NCBI GenBank assembly: GCA_951406725.2
Contig: OX597818.1
Coordinates: 29,884,001 to 29,948,000 of the forward strand
Source: Octopus vulgaris
Lineage: Eukaryota
Length of the DNA stretch: 64,000 nt
Direction of reading: 5' to 3'
The notes under the pieces were generated by a model. It worked only from the letters and a program-made list of their open reading frames with translations, made no database searches and was not told where the DNA came from. How positions within the stretch are numbered: position 1 is the stretch's first letter; every line of letters starts with the position of its first letter. Of the stretch, positions 13,791 through 27,069 are shown piece by piece. A program made the position numbers and the translations under genes.

Positions 13791-14409
13791 ACCAGGAATT
13801 TATGGTAGTTGCGATAAAACGTAGAGGCAGCTGATAAACAGGATCGCTCTTGCTTCGTGAGCTTCGCCGGGATTGAACGAATCGGGTTAAGAGAGACACC
13901 TATTAAAGCAAGACCGACAGTCAGACAAGCTGCATGTATACGTAGAGTCACGCACGCACATGATACGTACATCGGATTACAATTACGCATACACGCACAC
14001 AGATACATACACGTGTGCATGTTCAAGTTCGAGAAGGTAAGAGAGAAAGAAATAGAAGCAGTATATATTTGGCAATATTGAACGTGATGACAAATGAGAG
14101 AGAACGGGAACAATAGCATACGGAGTGAGAGAGAGAGAAAAAAAGAGAGAGAAAGAGAGGCGGTTACGAAGTAGAGGAAATAGTAAGAGAAAGAAAAGAT
14201 GCGAGAAAAGATCAATAGATTGAAATCTGACAAAACAGGGAGAAAGCAACAGCGATAGAAAAGAGAATATAAACTAAGTATGAAAATAGGAGTATTATAT
14301 AATAAATACAATCGAAATGCGAAACTGCTGTTATGAATAAACTCCTTCCCACGCTACCACACTTTGTCTATATCTATCTATCTATCTATGTGTGTGTATG
14401 TATGTATGC

Positions 14410-14440
<31 letters not shown>

Positions 14441-14678
14441 CATACACACACACACACACATATATCATTATCATTTAACGTCCGTTGTTCAAGTTGGCAT
14501 GGGTTGGACGGTTTGACTGGGCTGGCACGCTGGAAGGCTGCACCAGACTCCAGTCTGATTTGACATGGTTTTCTACCGCTGGATGCCTTTCCTAATGCCA
14601 ACCACTCCAAGAGTATAATGGGTGCTATGAATGTACATATATATATATGAATATGCATTCATATATACATATATACAT

Positions 14679-14711
<33 letters not shown>

Positions 14712-14728
14712 GTATGTATGTGTGTGTA

Positions 14729-15460
14729 TCATCATCATCATCATCGTTTAATGTCTGCTTTCCATGCAAGCATGGATTGGACAATTTGACTGCGGTCTGG
14801 CAAACCAGATGGCTGCACCAAACTCCAATCTGATCTGGCAGAGTGTCTACAGCTGGATGCCCTTCCTAACACCAACCACTCCGAGAGTGTAGTGAGTGCT
14901 TTTATGTGCCACTGGCTCAAGGGCTAGTCATGCAATACTGGCAATGGCCATGCTCAAATGGTGCTTTTTTTGTGCCACCTGCACAGGAACCAGTCCAGCG
15001 GCACTGGCAACGACTTCGCTCGAATGTTTTTTTATGTGTCACCAGCACAAGTGCTAGTAATGCGACGCAGGTAATGATCACGCTCGAATGGTGTTTTTAC
15101 CACCTCAGCCCAGGTCTTCCTGGGTCTACCTGTTCCACAGGTTCCCTCAACCACTAGGGAGTGGCACTTTTTCACGCAGCTATCCGCATCCATTCTTGCC
15201 ACATGACCATACCAGCGCAGTCGTTTCTCTTGCACACCACATCTGATGCTTCTTAGGTCTAACCTTTCTCTCAAGGCACTAACACTCAGTCGAGTATGCA
15301 CACTGACATTACACATCCATCAGAGCATGCTGGCTTCATTCCTTGTGAGCTTACGCATGTCCTCAGCAGTCACGGCCCATGTTTCACTGCCATGTAACAT
15401 GGCTGTTCGTACACATGCATCATACAGTTTACCTTTTACTCTGAGCGAGAGGCCCTTTGT
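14729..15460 (-). mobile_element. RTE-clade LINE 3' fragment with (GAT)n tail
   Basis: KGLSLRVKGKLYDACVRTAMLHGSETW and RLRWYGHVARMD..GRPRKTW. Tail-only copies at 14465-14625, 16385-16722, 23720-23890 and 31180-31410. Confidence 0.88.
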
Positions 15461-16081
15461 CATGTTTGTATGTATGTACATATCATCATCATGCTTTAAC
15501 ATCCATTCTCTCAATGAAGAGAACTTTAAACCATCTTTTATATCAATAATACACTGATGTAAGAACGGATTGTTTATAAAGCTTGAAACATGTGTACTGC
15601 GATATCCTTTGTGTTCTATTTTAAATTTTATTTGATATATTCTCTCTCACCCCTGCTACTATCTGGCATATACAGGTGCTTACACTTATCAAGTATTCGC
15701 CCTAAATTTACAGTACCTACTATATATATATATATATACATATATATACCCGTGACCAATTCAAATGCAAAAATTCTTTTTCCTTCCCCACCTTAAAAGG
15801 TCATTAAGTATTAAACAAACAAGTCTGACCATACCAATACGAAAGCCAAACCTCTTTAGCCTCCCGCTTCCTTCTCAAACTTTTTTCCTCTTTCTTCTCC
15901 TTTGCTTGGAAAACTCCACAATTTTTTATATATAAAAAGGCCAAGAAATCTTCCAATAATGGAAGAAAGCACTAAAAGTGTAAATAAAATGTAATTAAAA
16001 AATATATATAATCATCCAACATTCTGACTACCTTATTATTCTAAATATATATATATAAGTATGCACATATATACATACAGA

Positions 16082-16087
<6 letters not shown>

Positions 16088-16164
<77 letters not shown>

Positions 16165-16165
16165 G
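16088..16165. repeat. (TA)n(GA)n compound microsatellite
   Basis: Directly visible; similar TA/CA/GA tracts occur throughout the window. Confidence 0.95.
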
Positions 16166-19100
16166 AAAAAAAAGAAGAATGGAGCAGTGAAGTCTTTTTA
16201 ATACATGAGTTTCAGTTATTTCATCTGAATTTGATCTCATCAATCTTGCTATATTATGCAATAATATATGCAACCATTGGTTCAATAGGTGCCATTGAAA
16301 TGATCCATTCCAAATTAGATTCATCAGAATTATTTATAACTTAATAGGGTAAAAAATTATTATAATACCATTATTATATGAATATCATCATCATCATTTA
16401 ACGCCCATTGTCAACGCTGGCATAGGTTGGATGGTTTGATCAGGGCTGGTATGCTGGGAGGCTGCTTCAGACTCCAATCTGATTTGGCATGATTTTCTAC
16501 AGGTGGATGCCCTTCCTAATGCCAACCACAACAAGAGTGTAATGGGTGTTTTTACATGCCACTGGCATGGGTGTCATTTGCATGACACTGGTATTTGCCA
16601 TGATTGTGATTTTGCTTGGCTTGATGAGTCTTCTTCTCAAGCATAACATGATGCCAAAGGTTTCAGACATTGCCTCCACGAGGCCCAACATTCAAAATGA
16701 ACTTGGCCACTTTGCCTCTGTGAGTTAAAATATTTTTTGTTATTGTATTTAAAGATATAACCAGTTTCACAGTTTACACTGATTTTCAAAAAGTTGAAAT
16801 AGAAAGATGGGGCTAATATATTAATTTGAGCCATGAATTACTTATAAAAATAGGGAAGCTTCAAACGCTAGTCAGAAGCAAGACAGCTGCAACATAAGCC
16901 ATGTCTTTCTATTTCAACGTTTTGAAAATTAGTGTAAACTGTGGGGACATATAGCTCAGAGGACAATTAGAAGTTCCTGTGGAACAATCTACTGAGGGAT
17001 ACAGACCAAATCTGTGGCTGTGCAAAGTCCCAGCAAGGTCAACAGGGACATGGTGGTGGAATAAAGAGGTAGAGAGTGCTATAAAGGCAAAGAGATAGAA
17101 CTGGAAAAATGGTGGAAGTAGAGAATTATATCAGACAGCCAGAAGGGCAACTAGACAACAGGCTTACATAGCAAAAGGAATAACAGATGGTAAGAGATTT
17201 GCCAAGTGTGAGGATCAGAGGTGTGAAGTGTTCAGAATTGCAAAGTAGTGAATCCAACTCATGAGAGCATAGAAATAGGACATTAAATGATGATGATGAT
17301 GATATTATATGTATATATGTGTGTATAATATATATGCATTCATATATATTGCACTCAGTTGTGTGTGCATCATGATCATCATTACTTTGTGTGTGTGTAT
17401 ATGTGTGTCTTCTCTTCCCCTCCACTTTTATTTGTATACAACTATCATCTGCTGTCGAGCCAATGTGAAAGAATAGGCTCATCAAACCAGTGTGATCTCA
17501 AGCTCAAATTCATGGCATCCACATCAGGTCATGGTTTTTGGAGAGGGCATTTCCAAGGCCTTCATCCTGCAGTGGATTGAAAATAGGCAATCCAATTCAG
17601 TCAAATCCAGATGTTTGCCCTGCTTCATGGTTTCGAACCCAGCATGAGGGTGTGTTGCTATTTGCAGCAGGTGCCCCTATTCATCTGCTGTTACCATCTT
17701 CAAAGTCATGGAGATGAAGATCAGTTATTTCGTCTTTGCTTCATTTGAATAAAACAAAAATGTGCCACAAAGCACACGCATTTAATGTGTATATATACAT
17801 ACTGCTGCTACACAATAAGCTACTGGGCATATTATGTGAAAATGATAGTGAGTCTGATGTGTACACAGCTATTCTTCACTTGAATGAAACTCTTGTGCTA
17901 CTCTAGCATCTGTGTCTAGTGAGTAAAACTATGTGGCATATAATTAGCCTAAATATGTATCAAAACGTTTTGTTGGCGTGGCTGGGGTATTCCATACTTC
18001 TGCAACAATGAAATTCCATCACTTCTGTAGTGTCAGGCACATGGATGGTGTAGTATAGGTGGGAGTAATTGTGATTCTCTAGTCCCTTACATGGATGCAT
18101 TCCCTGTTAAGGCACCATATAGTTGAAGCCATCATCTTCATTGATTATCAATGAGTGAATGTAAAAACTTTAGGCATCTTCTTTCCTTTCCTTCTTTTAT
18201 TTATTATTTTTATTATTACTGAGTGTGGGAGTAGCACATGCCATCAAAGTGACACTGAGGTATAAATAATCAAAACCAAAAATACCTCCATGACTACCCA
18301 TCTAATAAGGTTACACCAGGCTCATGTATCATGACATTATGTGTGCGACATGGTGATCTAAATGAATATTGCCATCATACAAGCTGTGCCTCACTTTTCT
18401 AATCTCCTGTGAAAACATGTCTGGTCATTGATGAATATTACCTCACTTGAAAAAGGTAAGGGTTGACAACAGGAAGGGCATCCTGTCATAGAAAATCTAC
18501 CTTAACAAATTCCATCTAACCCATGCTGGCATGGAAAAGTGGATGTTAAAATGATGATGATGATGATGATGATGAAAATGTTAAAAAAATATGAATTTGT
18601 CAAGGGCAGGATAAATGTCCTCATAAACTTTAGTTTCTTAAGGCTTCTCTTTCCTATGGCCATAGCTACAGATATTGTATGAATCAATCGTTATATAATC
18701 CACTGATTTTGCATGGCATTCCTTAACTTATGGCTGTTGATGAATCTAATGGTTTCTGCTGGAAGTTTTACATTCCTAGGAATAAATACATTTCCCAATA
18801 TCTAGTTCAGTCAAGAGATCATAACCATTAGTATCACAATTTAATTTTTTTCTTTTTGGAACCTAGTTTTCAAAATAACACATGATAATTTCAGTTTATT
18901 TTTATCTGGTAAATCATTTGTTATTTAAAAATACCCATTTTTTAATAGAAACTTTGTTCATATTTCTCTGATAAAGAATTAGAACTGTGTCAAGTACTAT
19001 GCGTGATTTTATAAAACTTCTTTCTGGGTTATCTGTATGACAAACCTCATCGATGATCAATGCACCTTTTCAAACTACTTATTTTGGCAATATCTTTTTC

Positions 19101-19761
19101 TTTTAAAAATGGGTTGTACATCTAATTCTGTAGCAAATTCTTTTTTGCTGATGCTAGTGCACTTACATGTGCATTGGCATAATAATCAGTTAAGTAATCA
19201 CAAATAATAATTAACGAAACAATGGTAGACAGTTCTACAATGATGTTCTACACAATTTTGCTGACATTTACGCTGCCTAAGACAGAGTCATTATCACTAG
19301 AGGACTGAAATCTCCTATCTGAGATTCAGAAGTTTAAGCTTCATGTTGCATAACAGGATCAGAAGAAGATATGTTTGAAACTTTATAAGGAGCTTCTCAA
19401 ATTTCTTAAATTTCATATATAATGACTTTGACACATTCTAATCTGTACCCTTATCATGTTTCTTGAAAACATTTTTCAGTGAGACATTTAACATGATTTT
19501 TACGAATCCTGGAAAATAGTCACTGAAAATATAATGACAAATGTAAGACTGATTTAACATTCTTTTTCTGTTTCATCGTTTTGTTTAAGATATTGAATAA
19601 AACCTTTGTTTTTTCTCCCTCCAACGTATGTGTAATGTTATTGTAGATGCTAGCAGAAACACTGCCTTTCAGATGATTTTTTTGCTACTTTAAATTCAGC
19701 TAAAGAAATGTAAAATTCAGTCAGAAAAAAGTCCAACATGGATGAGTTAAGGATTCACTTA

Positions 19762-19799
<38 letters not shown>

Positions 19800-21014
19800 T
19801 ACACACACATTAGATGTGTGTACTAGTGTTATTCCAGTTATACCCATTGTATGAATGTGTGAGAGAAAAATAGAATGATTGTAAATGTGCATGTGAGCAA
19901 GTTGAGAGAGAAACGTGAGTATTAATGTGAACTATGAAAAAGTTGTCTTTATGTGTGGAGCTGATGGAACATGGTACCTGGCTACATTCCAAGACAACCT
20001 CTAAACAAAGGTTAGAATCAAAAGAAAACAAATGCCGAAGAACTAGAACATTCTATCAGCAGTTTGGTACTTAAATACAACAGACAGCAGCAGATCTTTG
20101 ATGTTTGCTGATGATCTATCACAGCTACCACAAAATATTATTGGTTGGAATAAATAGTATTTTCAAATTTTGGCACAAGGCCAGTAATATCGGTGAAGGG
20201 GTAAGTTGACTGTATCAACCTCAGTGTTTAACGGGTAATTATTTCATCGAGCCCAGGAGGATGGAAGGCAAAGTTAACCTTAGCAGAATTTGAACTCAGA
20301 TTGTAAAGATGGAGAAAATGCCACTAAGAATTTTGCCAGCATGTCCTGGCTGGAATAAATATTGAAAGATGTGTCTACTTGTCTGTGTAAACAGTTAGCA
20401 CTTGCAATTATTTTGTTACTAAAATATATAGAGATATGGTATTATTAACTAAATGATATCCTGTTTACAAAGGGATATTGTAGGCTTGATTCTAAGAGAG
20501 AGGGTCTGTTACCAATACACATATACAGAGGAAGCTATAGGTTGATGATTGGAATTTATAGACATTTTAGAAATTTCTTTTCATCCTTCTCAACAAGCAT
20601 TCTCTATAGTTTACAAAAACCATGTGTGCGTGTGTGTGTGTGTATGTATGTGTGTGTGTGTGCGTACATGCATGTGCAGGGCTGACTCTAGGGTTGCAGC
20701 TGTCTTGGACAAGATGAAATTTGGCACCCTTATAATTACAATTTTTAAAACTTTTCACAGACTACCGATGTAGGAGTATAGAGTTCATTATAATACACTA
20801 TAACAGCTAAAGGAAACAGTATCTTTATGGTACAAAAGGAAAGAAACTCAATCATTTAATAAGAATAAGTTAAAAGTGATTGTAAACAGAGATATTTAAA
20901 TTGATACAATATCTGAGCACATTTAAAACTATAGTAAATTACGTCAAGTTCTTGTGGATATAAAGATGTAAATTTAAAAAATTTTCTTCTAATAAATTAG
21001 AGAACATGAATAAA

Positions 21015-22770
21015 AGAATGTACAAGCCTTGTACAGGGATGCTATTAGTAGGGTGAGGGTGGGCAATGGGTACAGTGAAGAATTCAGAGTACAAGTAGGG
21101 GTTCACCAAGGATCGGTGCTCAGCCCCCTCTTGTTCATCATAGTCCTCCAGACAATAACAGAGGAATTCAAGACAGGCTGCTCCTGGGAGCTCTTCTATG
21201 CTGATGACCTTGCTCTTATAGCTGAATCATTACCTGAGCTAGAGAAGAAATTCTAGGTATCAAAATAAGGTCTATAATCAAAGGGCCTTAGAGTTAACTT
21301 AGCAAAAATCAAAGTCATAGTAAGTAGGAAGGCAGACAAATCACAAATCCCTTCAGGTAGATAGCCCTGCTTAATCTGTGAAAAAGGTGTAGGTAGAAAC
21401 TGCATAAGATGCACCTAGTGTAAGCTTTGGACACACAAAAGGTGCAGCAACATCAAAGGAAGATTAACAGAGAAACTATCCTTTCTATGTGGGAGGTGCA
21501 CAGGCATAATAGATGCTGAATATATGCGGAAAATAGACTCCATTACCAGGGGGGCAAGCTACAGGTAAGAGATAGCTTCTGGTATCTAAGTACCCAGGTT
21601 AGTAGTGGAGGTGGATATTCTAAGAGTGTAACTGTGAGAATAAGATTAGGTTGGGCCAAGTTCAGAGACCAATTCCTGCTGGGAACAAAGGGCCTCTCTC
21701 TCAGAGTGAAAGGCAGCTTGTTTGATGCCTGTGTGCAAACAATGCTGCATGGCAGTGAAACATGGGCTGTGACAGTCAAGGATATACATAGGCTTGAAAG
21801 AAATGAAGCCAGTATGCTTTGCTGGATGTGCAATGTCAGTGTGCATGCTCAACAGCGTGTAAGCATCTTGAGAGATAAGTTAGGCATAAGAGGAACCAGA
21901 TGAAGTGTGCAAGAGAGGTGACTGTGTTGATATGGTCATGTGATGCATATAGACAAGGACAGCTGTGTAAAGAAGTGCCAATTTTTATCTGTGGAGAGAA
22001 CTTGTGGTAGAGGCAGACCTAGGAAGACATGAAATGAAGTGAAGCATGATCTTCGAACCTTGAACCTCACAGAAGCAATGACTAGTGACCAAGACCTTTG
22101 GTGATGTGCTCTATTTAAGAGGACTCGTCAAGCCAAGCACACCTGTGCTGGTGGCACATAAGAAAATCAACCTTGAACTTTGGGCTTTATGGAGGCAAGT
22201 AGCTGAGTTCCTTTCGAGCATTGGGCCTGGGCCTCATGGAGGTAAAGTGGCTGAGTTCCTTTCAAGCATTGGGCCTCATGGAGGAAAGTGACTGAGTTTC
22301 TTTCGAGTGTTGGATCTCATAGAGGCAAGGTGACTGACTTCCTTTGAGCGTTGAGCCTCATGGAGGCAATTGGCTGAGTTCCTTTCAAGTGTTGGGCCTC
22401 ACAGAGGCAAAGTGGCTGAGTTACTTTTGAGTACTGGACCCCATGGGGGCAAAGTGGCCAAGTTCCTTTTAGTGTTGGGCTTTACGGAGGCAATGACCAA
22501 GACCTTTGGCACTATGTCGTGCTTGAGAAGAAGATCCATCAAGCTGATAAATGGCAGATACTGGTGTCACGCAAATAGCACCTGTGCCGGTGGTACATAA
22601 AAACACCCATTACACTCTCGGAGTGGTTGGCATTGGGAAGGGTATCCAGCGGTAGAAAACCATGCCAAATCAGACTGGAGCCTGGCACAGCCTTCCAGCA
22701 TGCCAGCCAGTCAAACTGTCCAACCCATGTCATCACAAACAATGAACGTTAAATGATGATGATGATGATG
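21015..22770 (+). mobile_element. 5'-truncated RTE-clade LINE with tandem-expanded 3' region and (GAT)n tail
   Basis: GVHQGSVLSPLLFIIVL and ELFYADDLALIAES (RT), a Cys-rich insert, and LHGSETW; stops and frameshifts present. Confidence 0.92.
22192..22488 (+). repeat. About 7 tandem copies of a 42-bp unit (gaggcaaagtggctgagttcctttcgagcgttgggcctcatg)
   Basis: Units read directly; they overlap sequence from the RTE ORF 3' end (ttgggcctcacggaggcaa). Confidence 0.9.
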
Positions 22771-22859
22771 CTTTAAAAGAAAAACAAAAATGAGAGAAAA
22801 ACCTCAATCAATATCCTAACTAAAACATATTTTGTTGATGTGCAAATGATTTTTGTGGG

Positions 22860-23462
22860 AACCAAGACCCTTGGAGATATGTTGTGATGGAGAAGACCCA
22901 GCAAATTAAGTGAGATCGCAGCCATAGCCGATGCCAGTGTTGCATAACTGGCCCACTTAAAAGTATCCTTAGTATCCTTGAAGTGTCGGGTGATGTGATG
23001 TGATGTACTTGAGAAGATCTGTTGAGTCAAGTGAAATCGTAGTTGTGGCCAGTGCTGTCTGACTAGCACCTGTGCTGGTGGCACGTAAGAAGCACCATTC
23101 GAGCATGGGTCAATGCCAGAGCCACCTGACTGGTTCCCATGCCAGTGGCATGTAAAAAGTGCCATCTGAACATGGTTGATGCCAGTGCCCCCTGACTGGC
23201 TCCTGTGCTGGTGGCATGTAAAAAGCACTATCTGGATGTGGTCAAAGCTAGTGGCCCCTGACTGGTTCCCATGCCATTGGCATGTAAAAAGCACCCACTA
23301 CACCCTCAGAGTGGTTGGCGTTAGGAAGGGCAACCAACTGTAGAAACCTTGTTGGATCAGATTGGAGCCTGGTGCAGCCTACTGGCTTGCCATTCCTCAA
23401 TCAAACCATCCTACCCATGCCAGCATGGAAAGTGGACGTTAAATGATGATGATGCCGACGAT
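22860..23462 (+). mobile_element. RTE 3'UTR-derived element with internal tandem units of about 57 bp
   Basis: Repeated gtggcaYgtaaaaagcacc..gatgccagtgccccctgactgg units; ends in cgttaaatgatgatgat. Confidence 0.8.
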
Positions 23463-23605
23463 GATATATAAATATATGTATAAATAGATATGTGTATATA
23501 TATATATATATAAAGTTAATCCAAACATGAAAGCACAAAAAAAACACAACAACGTGAGGAAGTGGAACAAATATAGTATTATTGGACACTCAGGAAAGAA
23601 GGAGG

Positions 23606-23640
23606 GTTTAACATTTCGAGCTGAGCTCTTCGTCGGAAAC
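23606..23640 (-). ncRNA. Minimal hammerhead ribozyme-like motif (PLE type, decayed) inside a repeat of about 200 bp (23512-23712)
   Basis: Minus strand GUUU-CCGACGA-A-GAGC(uca)GCUC-GAA-AUGU-U-AAAC: stem I GUUU/AAAC, stem II GAGC/GCUC, near-palindromic stem III; U4 replaced by C. Confidence 0.65.
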
Positions 23641-24089
23641 ATAGGAGAAGGGAAAATTCAGAGAAGGGAAGACAGAGGAAAAAAAATTGCCAACAGTACA
23701 CACGCGGTCACACAGATCATCATCATTTAATGTCTGTTGTCCATGTTGGCATGGGTTGGACAGTGTGACTAGAGCTGGCAAGTTGACAGGGCTGCACCAG
23801 ACTCCATGATTTGGCTTGGTTTCTATGGCTGGATGCCCTTCCAAATGCCAACCACTTTACAGAGTGTGCTAGATGGTTGTATGTGGCACTGCATGGGTGC
23901 TCTATATATAAATAAGCAATACTGAACGTACATACACAAGGTGTGTGTTCTGCCAGTTCTTGGGCAGGTGCAACTATAGGCATAAGAGAATATATTCTCG
24001 CCAATTCACCTGGTGTTAATTTACCTGGAAGTCATAGACAAGCAAAATTATACTCAAATATACCCAGGGTTTTATTTATTTTTACTTAA

Positions 24090-24529
24090 CCCTTTAGCAT
24101 TTAAACTGGCCATATCAGGCCCATATTTCCTATCTGTTTTATGTTCAAACTGACGAGATCTGGCCTCTCACACCTACCCTACAATATCATTCTAAAAATA
24201 TACAATCACATTATCAAGATCTTTAAGCTACAAGATAATCTTTTCTACTCTAGAAAATTTTTGGGTAAGGGGCCAGTCTATTAGATCAACCCCAGTATGC
24301 AACTAGTACTTAATTTATTGAACCCGAAAGGATGAAAGGCAAAGTTGACCTCGTTGGAATTTGAACTCAGAACATAAAGACATATGAAATACAGCTAAGC
24401 ATTTCAGCTGGTGTGCTAACAGTTCTACCAGCCCGCTGTCTTTCAAAGCTACAAGATAATGCTTGATTAATTCCAAACAGTGTGAATGAAAAGCATTACA
24501 TTTGACAGAATAATTTGAATGCCAAAGGG
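24090..24529. mobile_element. piggyBac-like MITE interrupted by a SINE
   Basis: TTAA-CCCTTTAGCATTTAAA ... TTTGAATGCCAAAGGG-TTAA. The SINE at 24240-24445 is flanked by the 15-bp TSD aagctacaagataat. Confidence 0.85.
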
Positions 24530-25856
24530 TTAAACAAGGAAGACAGTTCTCAAGAAAATTCTAGCTGTTTTGATTGAAATGCACCTGCAATAATATTGCA
24601 GTTTATATTGTGATTCTAATTTATGGACACTTTTCTCTACTTTGGAAATGTAATAATTAAATATAATTCATGAGACTAAATTATTGTTATCAAAAGGATA
24701 ATTTATTTGTAGACCATTTCTTCCCAGAAAATTTGTGTGATTTGAATTTTAATCTGAAATATGTGGCTAAAATCAGATGCAATGTTTGAAATTGCATGTA
24801 TCTGAGAACTCTGCTGATAGGTGTCATCACTCTTACTTTTGGTACTCATTGTTGACATATATCACTTCCTCACTCTGTCATCATTTTTTCTTTCTTCCCT
24901 TTTCTCTCTCTCTCATTCTCTTTCATTACTCCCTCATCTATCTCTCATCATTGACATACATCATTCACTCTCTCTCTCTTTTTTCTATCTCTCTCTACCA
25001 TCAGTACATCTCACTTCCATTATTCCCTCTTCAATCACCTTACCTCTCTCTCACCCCTTTTTCTTCTTGATAGTGTCACTCATGGTTTTCCTATTCAATC
25101 TCCTTCACAACAATTGGCATGTAGCTGCCCATAACTTTCTCTCACTTTTCCATTAATATATCCTCTAACCTCTTACCCCTGTCACTCAGCTTCTCCCATT
25201 ATAATCTCTCTTCTATTCAGCCATTCAGTCACATTGTCTCTTATGTACAGATAAAATAGAGTGTATAAAATCCTTAAATCTTGCAGAAGACCAGACACTT
25301 TCTCTAGTGTTGGACCACAATAAAATGCATCCAGTATACTTTAGTGTAAGAAGAGGTGACTATATAGGGTATAGGGAACCATTAGTCTTGTCAAAGACAT
25401 GTCAACCTCTTTAGAACCAGTATCATGATAAAATGTTCTCAGTATACTAAATAATGTGGTTGGTGTTAGAAAAGCATTCAACCATTAAAAGCATATCAAA
25501 ATGGAGCATGCAAGTGAGATGTGATCTTGTACCAATCTAGGGGGTTAGTAACTCCAGGTAAGAAAAGAACTGATTCAAATTGTAGCAACCCACATCAAAC
25601 CATTCCAGCTTGGGAAGAAGAAGTCAAATGTTGATGATGATGATGACGATATTATTGAACATTCAGTTATTTCTTTGTAAAAATATTTGTAAATTCTCAT
25701 CAGTGTTCTCTTTGCCATGTTTGTTCTAGAATGGAAGTATTCTTCAACACTACCCATTTGCAACAGTCCCTTGTCATCTCCTTTGTGAAATTCTTCACCC
25801 CACCCACATGTATGTATATAGAATCATTCTCTTTCCCTTTCTCTCTCTCTTTATAT

Positions 25857-26236
25857 ACTCTTTTACTTGTTTCAGTCATTTGACTGCGGCCATGCTGGAG
25901 CACTGCCTTTAGTTGAACAAATAGACCCCGGGACTTATTCTTTGTAAGCCCAGTACTTATTCTATCGGTCTCTTTCGCCGAATCGCTAAGTGACGGGGAC
26001 GTAAACACACCAGCATCGGTTGTCAAGCAATGCTAGGGGGACAAACACAGACACACACATACATATATATATATACATATATACGACAGGCTTCTTTCAG
26101 TTTCCGTCTACCAAATCCACTCACAAGGCATTGGTCGACCCGGGGCTATAGCAGAAAACACTTGCCCAAGATGTCACGCAGTGGGACTGAACCCGGAACC
26201 ATGTGGTTGGTTAGCAAGCTACTTACCGCACAGCCA
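25857..26236 (-). mobile_element. tRNA-derived SINE family B (young copy)
   Basis: Highly similar to 10527-10903; CpGs largely retained. Confidence 0.88.
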
Positions 26237-27069
26237 TATATATATATATATAGAGAGAGAGAGTCAGTAAAGTGCTAGACAAAATATCTAAAATACCTGC
26301 CAGTAACTATTGTTACCTTCCATGTTCTATAGTCAATTAGTGTTGTGCTTGACTATAAAATAGTACCAGTCATGTACTTAGATCAGTCTAATCAATTTCA
26401 CTCTTCTCTAAACTTCATGGCCTTGTGCTTTAAACATTATTATTATTGACACTGTTGTTACGGAAGAAATCTTTAGATTCCCTTATGACACATTTCTAAC
26501 ACTAAGAACTATAGATTAGTCCCCAAGCAACTGTAGTAAGGCCTTGGTGAGTTTTTAGATTTTTTAATTTTGTTTTTTATTAATGCTAAAATATGAAGAA
26601 GACACTGCATGTAATAAGTGCCAACTGATTCAAAAGACTTCCTAGATTGAAAGGATATTCATAAAAATATTTGCACATAAGATTATTGGGAAAATAAACA
26701 AAAAGAAATAAAAGCTAAAATAATTACATATATATTTCATTTTAAAATGTAGACTTTAAAATATTAATAAAGCAATCAGCTGGCACATCTATCATAAAAA
26801 TAAAGAAATATTGATCCATATGGAATAAAATTAAATAGGGCAGTAAAGGTTACTTTTGTAAATTAATAGCTAATCATACTTGGCGCTGACCTAAAAAAAC
26901 TATTGTCATTCTACATTAAGTACAGGCTATAAAACTACTGAAATAAAATCTAGTAGAAAGATTTACTAACCTGAGAATGTTTCTGAGAAAATAGCTACAT
27001 TGGAAACACACCATACTGTCTGACATATGGCAGGTTAAAATTTCTGCTTTTAATATCTCTTGTACTCAT

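Noticed and set aside
13787-14311. 174-aa ORF on the - strand
   Set aside because: Low-complexity F/L/S reading of CT-rich sequence; more likely UTR or promoter.
16200-16330. TGATGA and GAAAC motifs on the - strand
   Set aside because: Cannot build convincing stems I and II, so not called a ribozyme.
22192-22488. Regular repeat array superficially like CRISPR
   Set aside because: Contiguous units without unique spacers, derived from a LINE, eukaryotic context and no cas genes.
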